Shown here piece by piece: positions 18,737 through 29,297 of a stretch of 32,000 bases of DNA. Location: the NCBI RefSeq assembly GCF_030036925.1, contig NZ_CP124483.1; one strand, given 5' to 3'. The position numbers and the translations under genes are program-made. Source of the DNA: Escherichia coli. Lineage in GTDB: Bacteria > Pseudomonadota > Gammaproteobacteria > Enterobacterales > Enterobacteriaceae. Every line of letters starts with the position of its first letter. Position 1 is the stretch's first letter. The notes under the pieces are model-generated. The model was not told the origin of the DNA. It made no database searches and saw only the letters and a program-made list of their open reading frames with translations.

Positions 18737-19597
18737 TCAGAGTATATATTCGTCCATTGAAGACAACATTGATTTCTTATTCATATCATCAGGCCAATTC
18801 ACTTCACGGCCCCAAATACCTGGAGCAGTGTTGATAGATTTCTCTAAAAACTCATCGTCAAAATTCATAAAGCTATTAATCCATAACCATAATTTGTTAT
18901 TTGTCATATGCAATGCATTTGTAGCACTCTCTGTCGTTATCAGGTTAAAGGTGTCAATAATATTTGTACTGTCTAATGATTCATAAACAATACAGCGAAT
19001 GGTGGCGTATGTGGAATGGTGATTTTGCGCAAAAAAAGCTATACCTTGAATTTGTTCCCAGTCGTACTCTTTATATTCAGGCTTAGTATGTTTGTAGAAT
19101 GGGTAGTGCCACCAGAAGGTATAGGTCGATTTATGACTCATATCATTAAGAATATAATTACAAATATAGACCTTTCCTGTTTTTCTATTAAAACGAATTG
19201 GGTAATGTCGCGGGGCAAAGATAAAATAATTTAGGATAGCAGCAAAAACAAAAGACATGAAAAAAATTGCGCAGTAAGCAATATGTAGCAGTAACTCAGA
19301 GTCTGCGCGGTATCTCCACGTATCTAAGTATCGTTCGAAGTTAAATATAATGTCATATATAAAGAATAAAACAGAGCCAAAACATAAAATAACGATAGGT
19401 AAAAAAAGAACGATGCTCAGAATGTTCATGCCATAAAATGACGTGTAGTTTCGTGTTATCTCACAGTAGTTGTCATTAATATATGTTAATTTATCACTGT
19501 TTGATAACTTCTCACTATTGCTTTGTGTTCTTTTGTTTATTTCATTAATGAGTCGTGGAACAAGAGTTTGTTTTATTAAGTGAGGGTGAGTGTGCAT
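18737..19597 (-). CDS. Orphan hypothetical protein with two N-terminal TM segments; weak resemblance from memory to DUF6708-type membrane proteins
   Basis: 286-aa ORF, SD AAAGGAG 7 nt before ATG, TM stretches NILSIVLFLPIVILCFGSVLFFIYDIIF and LLLHIAYCAIFFMSFVFAAILNYFIF, then YPIRFNRKTGKVYICNY. AT-rich compared with flanking ilvN and uhpA. Confidence 0.8.
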   Translation of the reverse strand: MHTHPHLIKQTLVPRLINEINKRTQSNSEKLSNSDKLTYINDNYCEITRNYTSFYGMNILSIVLFLPIVILCFGSVLFFIYDIIFNFERYLDTWRYRADSELLLHIAYCAIFFMSFVFAAILNYFIFAPRHYPIRFNRKTGKVYICNYILNDMSHKSTYTFWWHYPFYKHTKPEYKEYDWEQIQGIAFFAQNHHSTYATIRCIVYESLDSTNIIDTFNLITTESATNALHMTNNKLWLWINSFMNFDDEFLEKSINTAPGIWGREVNWPDDMNKKSMLSSMDEYIL

Positions 19598-19672
19598 ATC
19601 TGCTCCTTTTTTACAGACAATATCACGCAGGGATTTTTTTGTACATTAATCGGTGGGTTTTATTATTAAAAT

Positions 19673-19700
19673 GTAATAATGAAGCAGGCATGCTTGTCAT
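19673..19700 (-). promoter_or_regulatory. Possible promoter for the orphan ORF
   Basis: On the minus strand ATGACA - 16 nt - TATTAC, upstream of the ORF starting at 19597; within an AT-rich block. Confidence 0.3.
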
Positions 19701-20030
19701 ACTTCAAGTTGCATGTGCTGTGTCTGCGAAATATTCGACCTTTCAGGATTAGTGCAAGCGTTGTTCAAAACGTCACTGCGTTTTTTCCTGCAGCGCGAAT
19801 TATTTCGAGTATGGTTTTTATACTGAACTAATAATTTATAATTATACAAACAATCAAACTATAAATATAGAATATACATTTTACTTATTCAAAATGGATA
19901 CTAACAAGGTATTAATGCCGCCAGCATTTTTAATGGTTAGTCGATATACAAGTCCTTGAAGGCATCACTTCTTTCCACAAGCAACAAGAGCGCAGCTTTT
20001 GGCAGTAACCGCTCAAGGCTTGAACAACAT

Positions 20031-20063
20031 CGCGCTTATCGTTAAGGTAAGCGCGTTTTATTA
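20031..20063 (+). terminator. Intrinsic-terminator-like hairpin upstream of uhpA
   Basis: CGCGCTTATC - GTTAA - GGTAAGCGCG followed by TTTTATTA; 10-bp stem with one wobble. Confidence 0.6.
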
Positions 20064-20080
20064 CCCGCCAGGACAAGACC

Positions 20081-20671
20081 ATGATCACCGTTGCCCTTAT
20101 AGACGATCACCTTATCGTCCGCTCCGGCTTTGCGCAGCTGCTGGGGCTGGAACCTGATTTGCAGGTAGTTGCCGAGTTTGGTTCGGGGCGCGAGGCGCTG
20201 GCGGGGCTGCCGGGGCGCGGTGTGCAGGTGTGTATTTGCGATATCTCCATGCCTGATATCTCCGGTCTGGAGCTTCTAAGCCAGCTGCCGAAAGGCATGG
20301 CGACAATTATGCTCTCCGTTCACGACAGTCCGGCGCTGGTTGAGCAGGCGCTTAACGCGGGGGCGCGCGGCTTTCTCTCCAAACGCTGTAGCCCGGATGA
20401 ACTCATTGCTGCGGTGCATACGGTTGCCACTGGCGGCTGTTATCTGACGCCGGATATTGCCATTAAACTGGCATCTGGTCGCCAGGACCCGCTAACCAAA
20501 CGCGAACGCCAGGTGGCAGAAAAACTGGCGCAAGGAATGGCGGTGAAAGAGATTGCCGCCGAACTGGGCTTGTCGCCGAAAACAGTACACGTCCATCGCG
20601 CCAATCTGATGGAAAAACTGGGCGTCAGTAACGACGTTGAACTGGCGCGCCGCATGTTTGATGGCTGGTGA
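20081..20671 (+). CDS. uhpA: Response regulator UhpA
   Basis: 196 aa, receiver domain plus LuxR-type HTH ([45 protein letters not shown]). Confidence 0.98.
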
Positions 20672-22173
20672 TGAAGACGTTGTTCTCCCGTTTAATTACC
20701 GTTATTGCCTGCTTTTTTATCTTCTCTGCCGCATGGTTTTGCCTGTGGAGTATCAGCCTGCACCTGGTTGAGCGCCCTGATATGGCGGTGCTGTTATTTC
20801 CGTTTGGCCTGCGGCTAGGGCTAATGCTGCAATGCCCGCGCGGATACTGGCCGGTGCTACTGGGTGCGGAGTGGCTGCTGATTTACTGGCTAATGCAGGC
20901 GGTCGGTTTAACCCATTTCTCCTTATTGATGATCGGTAGTTTACTGACGTTATTGCCCGTGGCGCTGATCTCGCGCTATCGCCATCAACGTGACTGGCGC
21001 ACCTTGCTGTTACAGGGTGCGGCGTTAACGGCGGCGGCGTTGTTGCAGTCGTTGCCCTGGCTTTGGCACGGCAAAGAGTCGTGGAATGCGCTGCTGCTGA
21101 CTTTAACTGGCGGCCTGACGCTGGCCCCGATATGTCTGGTGTTCTGGCACTATCTCGCCAATAACACCTGGCTGCCGCTCGGCCCGTCACTGGTTTCTCA
21201 GCCAATCAACTGGCGCGGGCGACATCTGGTCTGGTACTTGCTGCTGTTTGTTATCAGTCTCTGGCTCCAGTTGGGATTGCCAGACGAACTGTCGCGCTTT
21301 ACGCCATTCTGTCTGGCGCTGCCGATTATCGCGCTGGCCTGGCACTATGGTTGGCAAGGAGCGCTGATTGCGACATTGATGAACGCCATCGCGCTGATCG
21401 CCAGTCAAACCTGGCGCGATCATCCGGTGGATTTATTGCTCTCGCTGCTGGTGCAAAGTCTGACAGGGTTGTTACTGGGCGCTGGCATCCAGCGGTTGCG
21501 TGAACTTAACCAGTCGCTGCAAAAGGAACTGGCGCGCAATCAGCATCTCGCTGAACGGTTGCTGGAAACCGAAGAGAGCGTGCGCCGCGATGTGGCGCGA
21601 GAGCTGCACGATGATATCGGTCAGACCATCACTGCTATTCGTACTCAGGCTGGCATTGTCCAGCGGCTCGCGGCGGATAACGCCAGCGTGAAACAGAGCG
21701 GGCAGCTCATCGAACAGTTGTCGTTGGGCGTTTACGACGCGGTGCGCCGCTTGTTAGGGCGGTTACGTCCGCGCCAGCTGGATGATCTCACCCTGGAGCA
21801 GGCCATCCGCTCACTGATGCGGGAAATGGAGCTGGAAGGGCGCGGCATTGTCAGTCATCTCGAATGGCGAATCGATGAATCAGCGTTAAGCGAAAACCAG
21901 CGCGTGACGCTATTTCGCGTCTGCCAGGAAGGGTTGAACAACATTGTGAAACATGCCGATGCCAGCGCGGTCACGCTGCAAGGCTGGCAGCATGATGAGC
22001 GGTTAATGCTGGTGATTGAAGACGATGGCAGCGGTTTACCGCCAGATTCCGGGCAACACGGTTTTGGCCTTACCGGAATGCGCGAGCGCGTAACGGCGCT
22101 GGGTGGCACATTGACCATCTCCTGCCTGCACGGCACGCGTGTCAGCGTTTCTCTACCTCAACGTTATGTCTAA
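20671..22173 (+). CDS. uhpB: Sensor histidine kinase UhpB
   Basis: 500 aa; multi-TM MASE1-like N-terminus, H-box [23 protein letters not shown]-binding [25 protein letters not shown]. Confidence 0.98.
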   Translation: MKTLFSRLITVIACFFIFSAAWFCLWSISLHLVERPDMAVLLFPFGLRLGLMLQCPRGYWPVLLGAEWLLIYWLMQAVGLTHFSLLMIGSLLTLLPVALISRYRHQRDWRTLLLQGAALTAAALLQSLPWLWHGKESWNALLLTLTGGLTLAPICLVFWHYLANNTWLPLGPSLVSQPINWRGRHLVWYLLLFVISLWLQLGLPDELSRFTPFCLALPIIALAWHYGWQGALIATLMNAIALIASQTWRDHPVDLLLSLLVQSLTGLLLGAGIQRLRELNQSLQKELARNQHLAERLLETEESVRRDVARELHDDIGQTITAIRTQAGIVQRLAADNASVKQSGQLIEQLSLGVYDAVRRLLGRLRPRQLDDLTLEQAIRSLMREMELEGRGIVSHLEWRIDESALSENQRVTLFRVCQEGLNNIVKHADASAVTLQGWQHDERLMLVIEDDGSGLPPDSGQHGFGLTGMRERVTALGGTLTISCLHGTRVSVSLPQRYV

Positions 22174-22182
22174 GGTTCGATG

Positions 22183-23502
22183 ATGTTGCCGTTTCTGAAA
22201 GCGCCTGCCGATGCGCCATTAATGACTGATAAACATGAAATTGATGCCCGCTATCGCTACTGGCGTCGGCATATTCTGCTGACCATCTGGCTGGGTTACG
22301 CGCTGTTTTACTTCACGCGTAAAAGTTTTAACTCCGCCGTACCAGAAATCCTTGCTAACGGCGTGCTCAGCCGTAGCGATATTGGCCTGTTAGCGACCCT
22401 GTTTTACATTACCTACGGTGTGTCGAAGTTTGTCTCCGGCATTGTCAGCGATCGCTCAAATGCCCGTTATTTTATGGGGATAGGGCTTATTGCCACGGGC
22501 ATTATCAACATTCTGTTTGGCTTCTCGACGTCGCTATGGGCGTTTGCCGTGCTCTGGGTGTTGAACGCCTTTTTCCAGGGCTGGGGTTCACCGGTGTGTG
22601 CGCGTCTGTTAACCGCCTGGTATTCTCGTACCGAGCGCGGCGGTTGGTGGGCATTATGGAACACGGCGCATAACGTCGGCGGCGCACTCATTCCCATTGT
22701 GATGGCAGCGAGCGCGCTGCATTACGGCTGGCGTGCCGGGATGATGATTGCGGGTTGTATGGCGATCGTCGTGGGGATTTTTCTCTGCTGGCGGCTGCGC
22801 GATCGCCCGCAGGCGTTAGGTTTACCGGCAGTTGGTGAATGGCGGCACGACGCACTGGAGATTGCTCAACAACAAGAAGGGGCAGGGCTGACGCGTAAAG
22901 AGATCCTCACCAAATATGTGTTGCTGAATCCGTATATCTGGCTGCTTTCGTTTTGCTATGTGCTGGTCTATGTGGTTCGGGCGGCGATCAACGACTGGGG
23001 CAATTTGTATATGTCCGAGACGCTGGGCGTCGATCTGGTCACGGCGAATACGGCAGTGACAATGTTTGAACTGGGCGGATTTATCGGTGCGCTGGTAGCG
23101 GGTTGGGGTTCGGACAAACTGTTTAACGGCAACCGCGGGCCGATGAATTTGATTTTCGCCGCCGGAATTTTGCTTTCAGTCGGCTCGCTGTGGCTGATGC
23201 CATTTGCCAGCTACGTGATGCAGGCAACCTGCTTCTTCACCATTGGTTTTTTTGTCTTTGGCCCGCAGATGTTAATCGGCATGGCGGCGGCAGAGTGTTC
23301 CCACAAAGAGGCGGCAGGGGCGGCGACGGGGTTTGTCGGCTTGTTTGCTTATCTTGGTGCGTCGCTTGCTGGTTGGCCGCTGGCGAAAGTACTCGATACC
23401 TGGCACTGGAGCGGATTTTTTGTGGTTATCGCCATCGCCGCCGGGATTTCCGCACTGCTGTTACTGCCCTTTTTGAACGCCCAGACACCGCGAGAAGCGT
23501 GA
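22183..23502 (+). CDS. uhpC: MFS-family hexose-phosphate sensor UhpC
   Basis: 439 aa from MLPFLKAPADAPLMTDKHEIDARYRYWRRHILLTIWLGYALFYFTRKSFN. Confidence 0.97.
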   Translation: MLPFLKAPADAPLMTDKHEIDARYRYWRRHILLTIWLGYALFYFTRKSFNSAVPEILANGVLSRSDIGLLATLFYITYGVSKFVSGIVSDRSNARYFMGIGLIATGIINILFGFSTSLWAFAVLWVLNAFFQGWGSPVCARLLTAWYSRTERGGWWALWNTAHNVGGALIPIVMAASALHYGWRAGMMIAGCMAIVVGIFLCWRLRDRPQALGLPAVGEWRHDALEIAQQQEGAGLTRKEILTKYVLLNPYIWLLSFCYVLVYVVRAAINDWGNLYMSETLGVDLVTANTAVTMFELGGFIGALVAGWGSDKLFNGNRGPMNLIFAAGILLSVGSLWLMPFASYVMQATCFFTIGFFVFGPQMLIGMAAAECSHKEAAGAATGFVGLFAYLGASLAGWPLAKVLDTWHWSGFFVVIAIAAGISALLLLPFLNAQTPREA

Positions 23503-23548
23503 TGCATCTCACCTTTTCACTTCATATCCGGCAAAACTAAGAAATTTT

Positions 23549-23580
23549 CCAGGTTTTGCCTGGACGCTATCTCAGGCCTG
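23549..23580 (+). promoter_or_regulatory. Candidate UhpA-binding region of the uhpT promoter
   Basis: CCAGG-TTTTG-CCTGG inverted repeat followed by ACGCTATCTCAGGCCTG in the uhpC-uhpT intergenic region. Confidence 0.55.
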
Positions 23581-23639
23581 ATTTGCTGCTGATTTTTACA
23601 ATGCATGCCTCACGCAGGTATTCATTTCAGGAGTAACCC

Positions 23640-25031
23640 ATGCTGGCTTTCTTAAACCAGGTTCGCAAGCCGACCCTGGACCTTCCGCTCGAAGTGCGGC
23701 GCAAAATGTGGTTCAAACCGTTCATGCAATCCTACCTGGTGGTCTTTATCGGCTACCTTACGATGTACCTGATTCGCAAGAACTTTAACATCGCGCAGAA
23801 CGACATGATCTCGACCTACGGGTTGAGCATGACGCAGCTGGGGATGATCGGCCTGGGCTTCTCCATCACTTATGGCGTGGGTAAAACGCTGGTTTCTTAC
23901 TACGCCGACGGCAAAAACACCAAACAATTCCTGCCGTTCATGCTGATCCTGTCTGCCATTTGTATGCTGGGCTTCAGTGCCAGTATGGGCAGCGGCTCGG
24001 TTAGCCTGTTCCTGATGATTGCCTTCTACGCCTTGAGCGGCTTTTTCCAGAGTACCGGCGGTTCATGCAGTTACTCCACCATCACCAAATGGACGCCGCG
24101 TCGTAAACGCGGGACATTCCTCGGTTTCTGGAACATTTCTCACAACCTTGGTGGTGCAGGCGCAGCAGGTGTGGCGCTGTTCGGCGCAAATTACCTGTTC
24201 GATGGTCATGTCATCGGCATGTTTATTTTCCCGTCGATTATCGCGCTGATTGTTGGTTTTATCGGTCTGCGTTACGGCAGCGACTCCCCGGAATCTTATG
24301 GCCTCGGCAAAGCTGAAGAGCTGTTTGGCGAGGAGATCAGTGAAGAGGATAAAGAGACAGAATCTACCGATATGACCAAGTGGCAGATCTTTGTTGAGTA
24401 TGTGCTGAAAAACAAAGTGATCTGGCTGCTGTGCTTCGCCAACATTTTCCTCTATGTGGTGCGTATTGGTATCGACCAGTGGTCAACCGTGTATGCGTTC
24501 CAGGAACTGAAACTCTCTAAAGCGGTGGCGATTCAGGGCTTTACGCTGTTTGAAGCTGGTGCGCTGGTCGGTACGCTGCTGTGGGGCTGGCTCTCTGACC
24601 TGGCGAACGGTCGCCGTGGCCTGGTGGCCTGTATCGCGCTGGCGCTGATTATCGCCACGCTCGGTGTGTATCAACACGCCAGCAACCAATATATCTACCT
24701 GGCTTCTCTCTTTGCGTTGGGTTTCCTGGTCTTTGGCCCGCAACTGTTGATTGGCGTGGCGGCTGTTGGCTTTGTACCTAAAAAAGCGATTGGCGCTGCC
24801 GATGGTATTAAAGGCACCTTCGCTTACCTGATTGGTGACAGCTTTGCCAAGTTAGGTCTGGGAATGATTGCCGATGGGACGCCGGTATTTGGCCTTACCG
24901 GCTGGGCAGGCACCTTCGCCGCGCTGGATATCGCCGCGATTGGTTGTATCTGCCTGATGGCGATAGTGGCGGTGATGGAAGAACGCAAAATCCGCCGCGA
25001 GAAAAAAATTCAGCAGTTGACAGTGGCATAA
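23640..25031 (+). CDS. uhpT: Hexose-6-phosphate:phosphate antiporter UhpT
   Basis: 463 aa [50 protein letters not shown]. Confidence 0.98.
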   Translation: MLAFLNQVRKPTLDLPLEVRRKMWFKPFMQSYLVVFIGYLTMYLIRKNFNIAQNDMISTYGLSMTQLGMIGLGFSITYGVGKTLVSYYADGKNTKQFLPFMLILSAICMLGFSASMGSGSVSLFLMIAFYALSGFFQSTGGSCSYSTITKWTPRRKRGTFLGFWNISHNLGGAGAAGVALFGANYLFDGHVIGMFIFPSIIALIVGFIGLRYGSDSPESYGLGKAEELFGEEISEEDKETESTDMTKWQIFVEYVLKNKVIWLLCFANIFLYVVRIGIDQWSTVYAFQELKLSKAVAIQGFTLFEAGALVGTLLWGWLSDLANGRRGLVACIALALIIATLGVYQHASNQYIYLASLFALGFLVFGPQLLIGVAAVGFVPKKAIGAADGIKGTFAYLIGDSFAKLGLGMIADGTPVFGLTGWAGTFAALDIAAIGCICLMAIVAVMEERKIRREKKIQQLTVA

Positions 25032-25077
25032 ACGTAACTGGTGACTTTTGCCCGGCATGACGCCGGGCTTTTTTTTA

Positions 25078-26844
25078 TTATTCCGTGACTTCCAGCGTAG
25101 TGAAGGCAAACTTCTCACCATCAAACAGCCCCTGACTGGTTAGTTTCAGCGCGGGGATCACTGGCAGGGAAAGAAACGCCATCTGAATAAACGGCTCATC
25201 CGGTAACGGACCGCATTCACGGGCGGCGGCTTTCAAGGCGTCAATTTGCTCCGCCAGTGACTGCGCCGTGTCGGTGCTCATTAGCCCGGCAATGGGCAAC
25301 GGTAGATGACTTTGTACCTGGCCGTTACGGACCACGCACAGCCCGCCGCCATCCTGAATCACCTGATTGACCGCCAGCGCCATCTCTTCTGCGCTACGAC
25401 CGATCACCACAATATTATGGCTGTCATGGCTGACCGTCGCCGCCAGCGCACCTTCATTCAGGCCAAAGCCGCCGAGCAAACCACAGGCCGGAGCCAGTCG
25501 TTGTCCGTAACGCTCAAGAACGGCAATAAAGCACACATCATCGCGATCAAAACCGTTTTCGCTGTAGACGCTGGAGCGGGAGTGCGTGATCAGTTCGTTA
25601 TGGATTACCTCAATAACGCGATAGCGTTTTCCGGGGGTAAATTGCAGGGCAAAGTCACTGGCGGAAACTGGCTGGCGATCAATGGTATTGCCATATGGCG
25701 GGGCGGATTGTGCCAGTCTCGCCGACTCTTCCGCCTGTAAGGTTTGTGCATCGATCGGCTCGCCTTTCACCAGTACCTGCTGCACCGTGACCTTACGCGC
25801 ATCGCTCAACAGGACGATATCGGCCTGCTTGCCGGGTGCCAGTAAGCCGAGGTGATTCAGACCAAAATGGCGCGCCGTCGACCAGCTGGCTACGCGATAT
25901 GCCACATGCAGCGGTACATTGTGTTGTTCGATCAGGCGGCGAATTAAGGCATCGATGTGTCCTTCATGGGCGATCTCCCACGGGTTACGGTCATCGGTAC
26001 AGAGCATGCATTGCGGGCTGTTAAATTCGTTGATCAACGGTGCCAGCGCGTTGAGATTGCGGGCTGCGGACCCTTCACGGATCATCAATGACATGCCGAG
26101 TTGCAATTTCCGGCGTCCTTCTTCCAACTGATAACTTTCGTGGCAGTTTTCAATACCCGCAGCAATATAGGCGTTAAGTTCTTTACCACCCAAACCCGGG
26201 CAGTGACCGTCCAGTGTCAGGTGGCGAAATGCGTCCAGTTTATCGAGCAGCGCATTCTGCCCGCTAATTACGCCAGGGTAGTCCATCATTTCTGCAAGGC
26301 CGGTAACCTGCGGATGGTCCCGCCAGGCGAGCATCTGTTCAAGGGTAAAACTGGCACCATTAACATCGCAGCCTTCCAGGGCGGGTACGCAAGAGCTGAC
26401 CTGTAAGTACTGGTTTTGCCTTGCCTGTTCGGCACAGCGGGCAAACCAGGCGAATCCGGCTTCTCCCATCACGTTGACGATTTCATGAGGGTCGCAAATA
26501 ACGGTCGTCAGGCCGCGCGGCAGGGTAGCAGTTTCAAAGGTGACCGGCGTCATCATGCTGGATTCAATATGCAGGTGAGCATCAATAAACCCTGGCACCG
26601 CCGTTGCGCCGCGGGCATCAATCCGCTGCAAAGCCGGAGCATCAGCGTATTCTGCGCCAACACCGGCAATGTAACGTCCTTTAATCACAATTGGGCCGGA
26701 AATTTCTCCGCCATTGATCAGGTCGAGAATAGAGACATTATCAATAATATAATCGGCAACAGCGTCTCCACGGGAAACGGCTAACAATTCCTGGTATTCA
26801 GCCCGGCTAATGTGATGAAATTTATGGTTAATAGAATTATTCAT
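25078..26844 (-). CDS. ade: Adenine deaminase
   Basis: 588-aa amidohydrolase ([49 protein letters not shown]). Confidence 0.97.
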   Translation of the reverse strand: MNNSINHKFHHISRAEYQELLAVSRGDAVADYIIDNVSILDLINGGEISGPIVIKGRYIAGVGAEYADAPALQRIDARGATAVPGFIDAHLHIESSMMTPVTFETATLPRGLTTVICDPHEIVNVMGEAGFAWFARCAEQARQNQYLQVSSCVPALEGCDVNGASFTLEQMLAWRDHPQVTGLAEMMDYPGVISGQNALLDKLDAFRHLTLDGHCPGLGGKELNAYIAAGIENCHESYQLEEGRRKLQLGMSLMIREGSAARNLNALAPLINEFNSPQCMLCTDDRNPWEIAHEGHIDALIRRLIEQHNVPLHVAYRVASWSTARHFGLNHLGLLAPGKQADIVLLSDARKVTVQQVLVKGEPIDAQTLQAEESARLAQSAPPYGNTIDRQPVSASDFALQFTPGKRYRVIEVIHNELITHSRSSVYSENGFDRDDVCFIAVLERYGQRLAPACGLLGGFGLNEGALAATVSHDSHNIVVIGRSAEEMALAVNQVIQDGGGLCVVRNGQVQSHLPLPIAGLMSTDTAQSLAEQIDALKAAARECGPLPDEPFIQMAFLSLPVIPALKLTSQGLFDGEKFAFTTLEVTE

Positions 26845-27018
26845 ATTTTTCTCATTTTGATTTTATCAATTTGATTATTATTTATCATAAAGAAACGTCG
26901 CGAGATTATTAAAGAATATCCATTAATGTGCAATTGAAATGTGATAATTATCACTGAACCGTTGTTGTCATTTGTTTTACAAAAGCAAGGGATTAAATCT
27001 CCTCCAATGGACAAAAAA

Positions 27019-28353
27019 ATGAATAATGACAATACCGATTACGTGAGTAATGAATCAGGGACGCTTTCGCGATTATTTAAACTACCTCAGCATGGGACCA
27101 CCGTCCGCACAGAATTGATTGCGGGGATGACCACTTTTTTAACCATGGTGTACATCGTTTTTGTGAACCCGCAAATCCTCGGCGCGGCACAAATGGACCC
27201 AAAAGTGGTGTTTGTTACCACCTGTTTGATTGCCGGTATCGGCAGTATTGCGATGGGGGTATTTGCTAACTTACCCGTGGCACTGGCTCCGGCAATGGGC
27301 CTGAACGCCTTCTTTGCCTTCGTGGTCGTGGGGGCGATGGGTATCTCCTGGCAGACCGGGATGGGCGCGATATTCTGGGGCGCAGTTGGGCTATTTTTGC
27401 TCACGCTGTTTCGTATCCGGTACTGGATGATCTCCAACATTCCATTAAGTTTACGTATTGGTATCACCAGCGGAATCGGATTATTTATCGCCTTAATGGG
27501 ATTAAAAAATACTGGCGTTATTGTCGCCAATAAAGACACCCTGGTGATGATTGGCGATTTAAGTTCTCACGGCGTGTTGTTAGGTATTTTAGGGTTTTTT
27601 ATTATAACTGTGTTGTCATCACGTCATTTTCATGCCGCGGTGCTTGTTTCTATTGTGGTGACGTCTTGCTGTGGATTATTTTTCGGTGATGTTCATTTTA
27701 GCGGTGTCTATTCCATTCCGCCTGATATTAGCGGCGTCATTGGTGAAGTGGATTTGAGCGGTGCGTTATCACTTGAACTCGCCGGTATCATTTTCTCCTT
27801 TATGCTGATCAACTTATTTGATTCATCAGGGACATTAATTGGTGTGACTGATAAAGCTGGCTTAATAGATAGTAACGGTAAATTCCCCAATATGAATAAG
27901 GCGCTGTATGTTGATAGCATCAGTTCGGTGGCGGGTGCGTTTATCGGTACCTCGTCTGTTACCGCCTATATTGAAAGTACTTCAGGTGTGGCTGTCGGTG
28001 GTCGCACGGGGCTGACTGCGGTTGTTGTCGGCGTTATGTTTCTGCTGGTTATGTTCTTCTCACCGCTGGTGGCGATGGTTCCTCCTTACGCAACCGCCGG
28101 AGCGTTAATCTTTGTTGGCGTATTGATGACATCGAGCCTGGCACGCGTTAACTGGGATGATTTTACCGAATCGGTGCCTGCGTTTATTACCACGGTGATG
28201 ATGCCCTTTACGTTCTCGATCACCGAAGGGATTGCACTAGGCTTTATGTCGTACTGCATCATGAAAGTGTGCACCGGGCGCTGGCGCGATCTGAACCTGT
28301 GTGTGGTGGTGGTCGCAGCTCTGTTTGCACTGAAGATTATTCTGGTGGATTAG
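27019..28353 (+). CDS. adeQ: Adenine permease AdeQ (NCS2/AzgA-like)
   Basis: 444 aa from MNNDNTDYVSNESGTLSRLFKLPQHGTTVRTELIAGMTTFLTMVYIVFVNPQIL; divergent from ade. Confidence 0.95.
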   Translation: MNNDNTDYVSNESGTLSRLFKLPQHGTTVRTELIAGMTTFLTMVYIVFVNPQILGAAQMDPKVVFVTTCLIAGIGSIAMGVFANLPVALAPAMGLNAFFAFVVVGAMGISWQTGMGAIFWGAVGLFLLTLFRIRYWMISNIPLSLRIGITSGIGLFIALMGLKNTGVIVANKDTLVMIGDLSSHGVLLGILGFFIITVLSSRHFHAAVLVSIVVTSCCGLFFGDVHFSGVYSIPPDISGVIGEVDLSGALSLELAGIIFSFMLINLFDSSGTLIGVTDKAGLIDSNGKFPNMNKALYVDSISSVAGAFIGTSSVTAYIESTSGVAVGGRTGLTAVVVGVMFLLVMFFSPLVAMVPPYATAGALIFVGVLMTSSLARVNWDDFTESVPAFITTVMMPFTFSITEGIALGFMSYCIMKVCTGRWRDLNLCVVVVAALFALKIILVD

Positions 28354-28405
28354 TAACTGGCGAGGGTTTCCAGATATCATGAGTTCTGATTACGCAGGAG
28401 AACTC

Positions 28406-28858
28406 ATGATCTGGATAATGCTCGCCACGCTGGCGGTAGTGTTTGTGGTTGGTTTTCGGGTGCTGACATCCGGGGCCAGAAAAGCGATTCGCCGTCTCAG
28501 CGATCGGCTGAACATCGATGTCGTACCCGTGGAGTCGATGGTCGATCAAATGGGAAAGTCAGCCGGTGACGAATTTTTACGTTATTTGCATCGCCCGGAT
28601 GAGTCGCACCTGCAAAACGCCGCGCAGGTGTTGCTCATCTGGCAAATTGTCATTGTCGATGGTAGCGAACAGAACCTGCTGCAATGGCATCGGATTTTAC
28701 AAAAAGCCCGCCTTGCCGCGCCGATTACCGATGCTCAGGTCAGACTGGCGCTGGGTTTTCTGCGCGAAACCGAACCTGAAATGCAGGATATCAATGCTTT
28801 TCAGATGCGCTATAACGCGTTCTTTCAGCCTGCCGAGGGCGTTCACTGGCTGCATTAA
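28406..28858 (+). CDS. yicN: Conserved protein YicN (DUF1198)
   Basis: 150 aa from MIWIMLATLAVVFVVGFRVLTSGARKAIRRLSDRL. Confidence 0.93.
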   Translation: MIWIMLATLAVVFVVGFRVLTSGARKAIRRLSDRLNIDVVPVESMVDQMGKSAGDEFLRYLHRPDESHLQNAAQVLLIWQIVIVDGSEQNLLQWHRILQKARLAAPITDAQVRLALGFLRETEPEMQDINAFQMRYNAFFQPAEGVHWLH

Positions 28859-28905
28859 AACCGCTTCGTCTTATCAGCCTACAGACCGCGCCTGACCTGG
28901 TGGGT

Positions 28906-28933
28906 GGATAAGGCGTGTACGTCGCATCCGGTA
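28906..28933. repeat. REP (PU-type) element
   Basis: GGATAAGGCGTGTACGTCGCATCCGGTA matches the REP consensus GATAAGGCGTTTACGCCGCATCCGGCA. Confidence 0.75.
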
Positions 28934-28973
28934 TCGGAATTGACAGTAGGTGAACGCATTATCTACGTTCTAT

Positions 28974-29297
28974 TTACAGCAGCACCTCCAGCCCGTGTTT
29001 TTGCACAATGCTGAGCAGTTTTAATGAAATGCCATTGGGGCGTTTAGCGCCACTTTCCCATTTTTGTACAGTTGAAACGCTGGTATTGAGATAGTGAGCG
29101 AAGACGGGCTGACTCACTTTTAATTTTTCCCGCAGTGCTTTTATCTCAACAGGTTGTAAGTCTTGCACGCTGGTCAGGCAGGCTTTGTCAAAAGTACGCA
29201 TCGTTTCGGCAGAAATAGCATCGACTCTGGACAATCCAGCCGCTGCGCTGTGAATAGCTTCAAATGCAGGACTTTTAAATTTAGTTTTTGCAGTCAT
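28974..29297 (-). CDS. HTH (XRE/YiaG-type) antitoxin
   Basis: 107 aa with C-terminal HTH (LREKLKVSQPVFAHYLNTSVSTVQKWESGAKRPNGISLKLLSIVQKHGLEVLL); 17-bp overlap with the upstream toxin gene. Confidence 0.88.
   Translation of the reverse strand: MTAKTKFKSPAFEAIHSAAAGLSRVDAISAETMRTFDKACLTSVQDLQPVEIKALREKLKVSQPVFAHYLNTSVSTVQKWESGAKRPNGISLKLLSIVQKHGLEVLL

Noticed and set aside
18672-18986. Plus-strand ORF 18672-18986 (104 aa) after ilvN
   Set aside because: Starts immediately at the ilvN stop and runs antisense to the orphan CDS, which has the better SD, length and membrane topology.
20753-22136. Minus-strand ORFs opposite uhpB (20753-21205, 21187-21423, 21855-22136)
   Set aside because: Low-complexity Ala/Pro/Arg-rich antisense frames in GC-rich kinase coding sequence.
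22180-25031. uhpC and uhpT similarity as a recent tandem duplication
   Set aside because: They are known, anciently diverged sensor and transporter paralogues with distinct roles, not a novel duplication.
25306-26784. Plus-strand ORFs opposite ade (25306-25740, 26101-26406, 26416-26784)
   Set aside because: Antisense to the confident adenine deaminase gene; no independent coding evidence.
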